DNA from: Eledone cirrhosa
Taxonomy: Eukaryota
Length of the DNA stretch: 64,000 nt
Reading direction: 5' to 3'
Assembly: GCA_964016885.1 (NCBI GenBank)
Contig: OZ024754.1
Location: 40,362,001 to 40,426,000, forward strand
Position numbers and translations under genes: made by a program. Numbering within the stretch: position 1 is the first letter of the stretch; each line of letters starts with the position of its first letter. The notes below the pieces were generated by a model, which did no database searches, was not told the DNA's origin, and saw nothing but the letters and a program-made list of their open reading frames with translations. This document shows positions 58,051-64,000 of this stretch, one piece after another.

Positions 58051-58793
58051 AAAAACATCCTGATGTGAAGAAGTTATTTGGTCCTGATCCTCAAATAAAA
58101 TTCCTCGTTGTTTTTATGGTAATTGTTCAGATGATAACAATGTATCTTGTCAAGGATTTGGACTGGAGATATATCATTATAATTGCCTATTGTTTTGGCG
58201 GTGTCATTAATCATTCAATGTCTCTAGCAATTCATGAAATTGCTCACAACTTGGCATTTGGAACGAAGTATCCACTAGCAAACAGAGCTTTGGGAATGTT
58301 TGCTAACTTACCTCTTGGAGTTCCTGTCTCTGTCACTTTTAAAAAATATCATTTGGAACACCATCGCTTTCAAGGAGAAGATGATATAGATGTAGATATT
58401 CCGACCAAATTCGAAGGCAAGTTCTTTAACAGAACATCTACAAAATTCCTCTGGGTTATTTTGCAGCCATTATTTTACACGATACGACCGTTCTTTGTTC
58501 GTCCGAAGGCCTTTGAAAAATTGGAATTCATCAATATATGTATACAGTTTACCTTTGATAGCATCGTGTTTTATTTCCTGGGTGTAAAACCTATTGTGTA
58601 CATGATTGCTGGCACGTTATTGGCAACTGGATTACATCCAATGGCGGGACATTTTATATCTGAACATTATATGTTTAAAAAGGGTTACGAAACCTACTCT
58701 TATTACGGCTGTCTCAATGCCATTACATTCAATGTTGGTTATCACAATGAACATCACGACTTCCCTTATATTGCAGGAAGCAAGTTGCCTGAG
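58051..58793 (+). CDS. DEGS1: sphingolipid delta(4)-desaturase, coding exon 2
   Basis: Acceptor tttatttcag; (E)KHPDVKKLFGPDP... with His boxes HEIAH, HLEHH and HNEHH, plus HPMAGHFISEHY; donor GAG|gtaaga; 743 nt. Confidence 0.97.
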
Positions 58794-59922
58794 GTAAGAT
58801 TTCGGTTATTTAAGTTTATTCAAAATCAGCTTTTAGTCTTTTCATTCTGTCATCATCATCATCATCATCATCATCACCGTCATCATCATCATCACCAACA
58901 TCATCGTCACCAGCATCAACCATAATCAGCATCAACCATAATCAGCATCACCATCATTTGAATTACTATTTTACTTCTATTTTCCGTGTGGACATGGGTT
59001 GGATGGGTTGTCATGTATTTGAGGTTAAACAAATTAATATCTTATATTTTAGTGTTGTTTTTACAGCTCTGTGCCCTTTCTAACACCAATCACTTTACAG
59101 TGTGAACTAGGTTCAATTTATCATAGCACCAGCACTACGAATTTACAGAGTGTACTTGGTGTATTTTATTGTTACGCTAGCATTAGGTAGGTGTACATGG
59201 GTTAGACAGGTTGTTACATACTGAGGCTAGACTGGTCAGATGACAATTTCTTGCTCATAAATTCCTGGCTTCTTTGGCCTTTTCTCATGCCAACTTTACA
59301 GTGTATACTGAGAGTATTTTCTCATTACTCTGGCACTCTACTTTACAGGGCAGATTGGGTTCTTTTAATTGTCGCACCAGCACGTCCAAAATGTTTGGAT
59401 GTATCTTTGCAAATATAAACTCACATATCTGATGTTGAGGAACAGTCTGGCCCCAGTCATTATGATTGTACCCTGAGTTGATCAATATTGAAGCAATTAT
59501 AATATGCCAATAAAGTTTATATATATATTGCAACACTGACTTCGATCCTGCTTACTGTGTATATAATAATAATAATGAAATTATTGTGTACAGTGCTCAG
59601 ATGCACTACAACTCATCAAAGGTGCATGTATAGTACATAGAATAATGTACAAATGTCAGGAAAATGAACATATAGATATGATGGCTGCATTTTCAGGTAA
59701 TGCCATCACTTGAAACTTAAGCATGAGCATCACGAATGTGGCTTTTTAGTCCAACTAGGGACTTGCCTATGGCCAGCAATAATAAGCATTGCAAATAATA
59801 TCACATATATTAAGCGATGCCAGTGCTTGAAGCTTTTTTAAGTGAGGAAAGTCTTTGCATGGAGCCAATCCCATTCTCTGAACATCGAATGCATTTACCT
59901 AAAAAGAAGAATTGGTCTACAT

Positions 59923-60663
59923 CAAAGGTTCTCAACGGGGGGCATATGCACCCCTGGGGGGCGTTTGGGAGCAAGGTCGCATTAGGGGGGGGGGGGGGGG
60001 GGTTGGATCTGGGGGAGAGGGTTAGGTGGGCGCTGAAAGGCTCTTTCAGCGCAGCCAGTTAGAATCTTATCTTTTCTTCACCGATAACAATGTACAATGT
60101 ATTTCATGTCTGAAATTATTGACTCAACCATAATAAGTTAACACTATATAGATGTATTTTATTCCCTATTGTATAAATAATATTACAAATAAAAAAAAAA
60201 GAAAAGAAAAAACAGAAGCGAGTAGCACACACATCTAGGACCCACATACAACACATAATCAGATAATACACACATCTAGGACCACATACAACACATAAGC
60301 AGGTAATACACACATCTAGGACCACATACAACACATAATCAGATAATACACACATCTAGGACCCACATACAACACATAATCAAATAATACACACATCTAG
60401 GACCACATACAACACATAATCAGATAATACACACATCTAGGACCACATACAACACATAATCAGATAATACACACATCTAAGACCACATACAACACATAAG
60501 CAGGTAATACACACATCTTTGGAATATTGTTAATCAATTTTTTAGTAATCTACTGATATAAAAATCAGTAGTATATTGAAAAATGGAAAAATAGGGGGGT
60601 GGGGGTTTCATGATTTCGAGGGACAAAAGGGGGCGTTTGGCCTAAATGGGTTGAGAACCTGTG
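59923..60663. mobile_element. hAT (Charlie-like) non-autonomous element with internal 40-bp tandem array
   Basis: TIRs CAAAGGTTCTCAAC / GTTGAGAACCTGTG (13/14); 8-bp TSD gtctacat / ttctacat; ~7 copies of acacacatctaggaccacatacaacacataatcagataat at 60225-60518. Confidence 0.82.
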
Positions 60664-60939
60664 TTCTACATCATTGGATTCAAATGAAGTCACGGGTTTT
60701 ATATCAAAGTGACCTTCTCCTAGAGAGATGTCTTAACGGGCATTAGAAGTCTTTCGCTCCACAAAAAAAAAAAATACTTTATTGGATGGCTGTTGACTCT
60801 CCTGTTTGTTTTTCATCTCACATCACAGGTGTCCAAAATCCCCCTCCTCACCAAGCAACCTTGGTTTAGTCACCGATGACTTGACCATGCACAGGTTGAA
60901 CTGGGTTACAATATACCAGTAGCAGTGAAGATCGACCTT

Positions 60940-60982
<43 letters not shown>

Positions 60983-61082
60983 TATAATCTGTTTATACCC
61001 GTGTGCGTGAATGTTGCTTCTGTTGTTCATTTTCATCAAAAACACACATTGACAATAATGTTTCTTTGTTTTTCTTTTGTAG

Positions 61083-61223
61083 CTCCATAAAATTGCTCCA
61101 GAATTTTACAAAGATCTCCCATGCCATACTTCTTGGGTGAAAGTGATTTACGATTTCATAATTGATCCAGAAATTGGACCCTATTCAAGAATAAAACGTT
61201 CTACGATAAAAAAATCCAAATAA
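61083..61223 (+). CDS. DEGS1: sphingolipid delta(4)-desaturase, coding exon 3
   Basis: Acceptor tttcttttgtag; LHKIAPEFYKDLPCHTSWVKVIYDFIIDPEIGPYSRIKRSTIKKSK*; total 82+743+141 nt = 321 aa. Confidence 0.96.
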   Translation, partial: LHKIAPEFYKDLPCHTSWVKVIYDFIIDPEIGPYSRIKRSTIKKSK

Positions 61224-61782
61224 TTCGGAAGGATTCTGTGTACTCTTTTGGACATTTCTTATTTGATTATTTTTTTTATAAATATGGAAAATTTGTTTCT
61301 ATTTCTAATTCTTCATTTATTGAGGTTTTTCTGTCTCATCTGAAATTGTTAACTTTATAAATGACAATAGTTGTTGTTGTTGTTGAAGTTACTTCTGCTT
61401 TTATATAATGGAAACCTGACTGCAACTGACTGAAAACTCTGCAATGTAGAATGTATGTAGATTTACTTACTTTAATCAAGATATATACATTATTCAAGAA
61501 ATATATATGGAAACATAAAGGCCTGATGAATATTGAAAACAGATTAGAAGATATATTATCTTAAATAAATTGATCTGTTTAAGCATGAAACCAGCCGATA
61601 GGCAATATAATGTTATATAATATCATTATGTATATATATATATAGTTGTGTGTGTATATATACGTTAATCCATGTACAAGTTTTACAGGATTGATTTCAA
61701 TTCAAATGAAATTTGGTCACAAACTAAGGGAAGAATTCTATGTATGATATGGGAGGTGTGTAAGTCTCTTGAGTATCAAGTT

Positions 61783-61823
<41 letters not shown>

Positions 61824-62130
61824 ATATAAACAAGCAATTTTTTTTTTTTTTTATGAAACAATGAGTAAATTTAGATTGTTTAAACTATGTAGACATATTG
61901 TAAGTTTATTCAACGCGAGTTTAACCCTTTAACAGGCTTTATCTCACATATTATCAAATCTATGAGATTTTGATATTATTTATTTTGAGAACAATACCTT
62001 AACATCAATATGAGCAGCTGGTTGAAGCAGAGAGAGTTGAGATAATTCTGACTGGATATGGCTGATTTAAATGCTAAAACGTTAACTATAGAGTTAGACA
62101 TATACAGCCCTGGAGACAATAAGCTAACCT

Positions 62131-62193
<63 letters not shown>

Positions 62194-62406
62194 TTTACGT
62201 ATCGAGAAAGAGAGAAAAAGGAGGGATAGGTGAAACATATAGTTATTTGCCAAGTAGCGTATGCCAAAGGTGCTCGGTACTAGTGCCGGCAGTATTAAAT
62301 ATTCAAAGTGTTAATATTTAGTGGGCTAGAGAGTTAGCAGAGCGTAAGCACGTGGGAAAGTAAAAAATCGGAGAATAGATCGTTAAAACATGTTTATTTA
62401 AAATAT

Positions 62407-62445
62407 CACCTACGTACGTTTTGCCCAGTTGGGCTTCTCAAGGGC
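62407..62445 (-). ncRNA. degenerate minimal hammerhead motif
   Basis: Minus strand: CC-TTGAGAA-GCCC[AACT]GGGC-AAA-ACG[TA]CGT-A-GG; U3:A8 covariant core, G12 replaced by A. Confidence 0.5.
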
Positions 62446-62787
62446 ATAAATAGTCACAAGTGTTCCTTATATAGTTCGGAAAGAGTTTTGGGGGTTATAT
62501 ATATATATATGTGTGTGTCTTTCTGATTAACTTCAGCTTCTATGTTTTGATACTATTATGAGAACATATGATAATATTTTTCAAATACTGACCTAGTAAT
62601 TTTAAGGCATCACTGGGGGATTCCAATCTTTTAAAATGGAATAATGGGTTGTACTGTTGATAGGATAAACATGGTGTATAGTTGACAGACAGAAGTATTG
62701 TTAGTATTAGGTTCAGTTAAAGATATCAACCAAGTTCTAGTCATAATTTGATCTTTTTTTATGCAATTGGAGTGTTTTTCTATCTAC

Positions 62788-63958
62788 CTATGTATGTATG
62801 TATGTATGTATGTATGTGTGTATGTATGTGTGTGTGTAGATATATCTGTATATGTGTATATATATATGTATATGTGTGTATGTGTGTATATATGTATGTG
62901 TGTATATATGCATATATGAATGGATATATATAATGTGTGTGTGTATATGTATGTGTGTATATATATGCATATATGAATGGATATATATGTGTGTGTGCAT
63001 ATATATATATATGTATGTGTGTATATATGCATATATGAATGGATATATATAATGTGTGTATAGATATATATATATGTATATACGTGTGTGTGTGTGTATA
63101 TGCATATATGAATGGATATATATAATGTGTGTGTGTATATATGCATATATGAATGGATATATATGTATGTGTGTATATATGCATATATGAATGGATATAT
63201 ATAATGTGTGTGTATATATATATGTATATGTGTGTATGTGTGTATATATGCATATATTAATGGATATATATAATGTGTGTATAGATATATATATATGTAT
63301 ATACGTGTGTGTGTGTATATATGCATATATGAATGGATATATATGTGTGTGTATATGTATATGTGTGTATATATGTATGTGTGTATATATGCATATATGA
63401 ATGGATATATATGTATGTGTGTGTATATATATATATGTATGTGTGTATATATGCATATATGAATGGATATATATAATGTGTGTATAGATATATATATATG
63501 TATATACGTGTGTGTGTGTATATGCATATATGAATGGATATATATAATGTGTGTGTGTATATATATATATGTATATGTGTGTATGTGTGTATATATGCAT
63601 ATATGAATGGATATATGTGTGTGTATATATATATGTACATGTGTGTATATATGTATGTGTGTATATATGCATATATGAATGGATATATATGTGTGTGTAT
63701 ATATATATGTACATGTGTGTATATATGCATATATGAATGGATATATATGTGTGTGTATATATATATGTATATGTGTGTATATATGTATGTGTGTGTATAT
63801 GTGTGTATATATGTATGTGTGTATATATGCATATATGAATGGATATATATGTGTGTGTATATATGTATGTGTGTATATATGCATATATGAATGGATATAT
63901 ATGTGTGTGTATATATGTATGTGTGTATATATGCATATATGAATGGATATATATGTGT
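62788..63958. repeat. compound microsatellite with recurring gcatatatgaatggatatat unit
   Basis: Direct inspection. Confidence 0.95.
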
Positions 63959-64000
63959 GGAAAAATAGACATTAAATGATGATATATGACAATTATTTAA

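Noticed and set aside
58794-58925. Poly-His C-terminus of ORF 58065..58925
   Set aside because: Read-through past the GAG|gtaaga donor into an intronic (CAT)n repeat; the true C-terminus is exon 61083-61223.
61515-61565. CTGATGA-atatt-GAAA in the DEGS 3' region
   Set aside because: No stem I or stem III pairing around the core; chance match.

Overview
Eukaryotic, very AT-rich, microsatellite-laden animal DNA. The SINE/LINE repertoire and (TA/CA)n load suggest a coleoid cephalopod such as Octopus (inference). Three genes can be reconstructed. (1) A multi-exon YY1/pleiohomeotic gene on the - strand (ATG 45662; REPO domain; four C2H2 fingers; exons 1-5 splice in frame). (2) A three-coding-exon sphingolipid delta(4)-desaturase (DEGS) on the + strand (46098-61223, 321 aa), head-to-head with YY1 with only 435 bp between start codons. 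(3) An intronless tRNA 2'-phosphotransferase (Tpt1/TRPT1) at 9531-10292, broken by three single-T homopolymer insertions near an assembly gap. The rest is microsatellite, minisatellite, tRNA-derived SINEs, CR1- and RTE-like LINE fragments and MITEs. Best unexplained signals: a dense palindromic cluster of YY1 sites in YY1's own intron 1; a YY1-DEGS divergent pair mirroring human DEGS2-YY1; a duplicated POU-dimer palindrome in the shared promoter; type I hammerhead ribozyme motifs of the Penelope-like kind (one intact, one locked in a 52-bp hairpin by its own inverted copy, one degenerate); and a candidate poison exon in YY1 intron 2 with a downstream complementary element. All coordinates and pairings were derived by eye; no searches were run.
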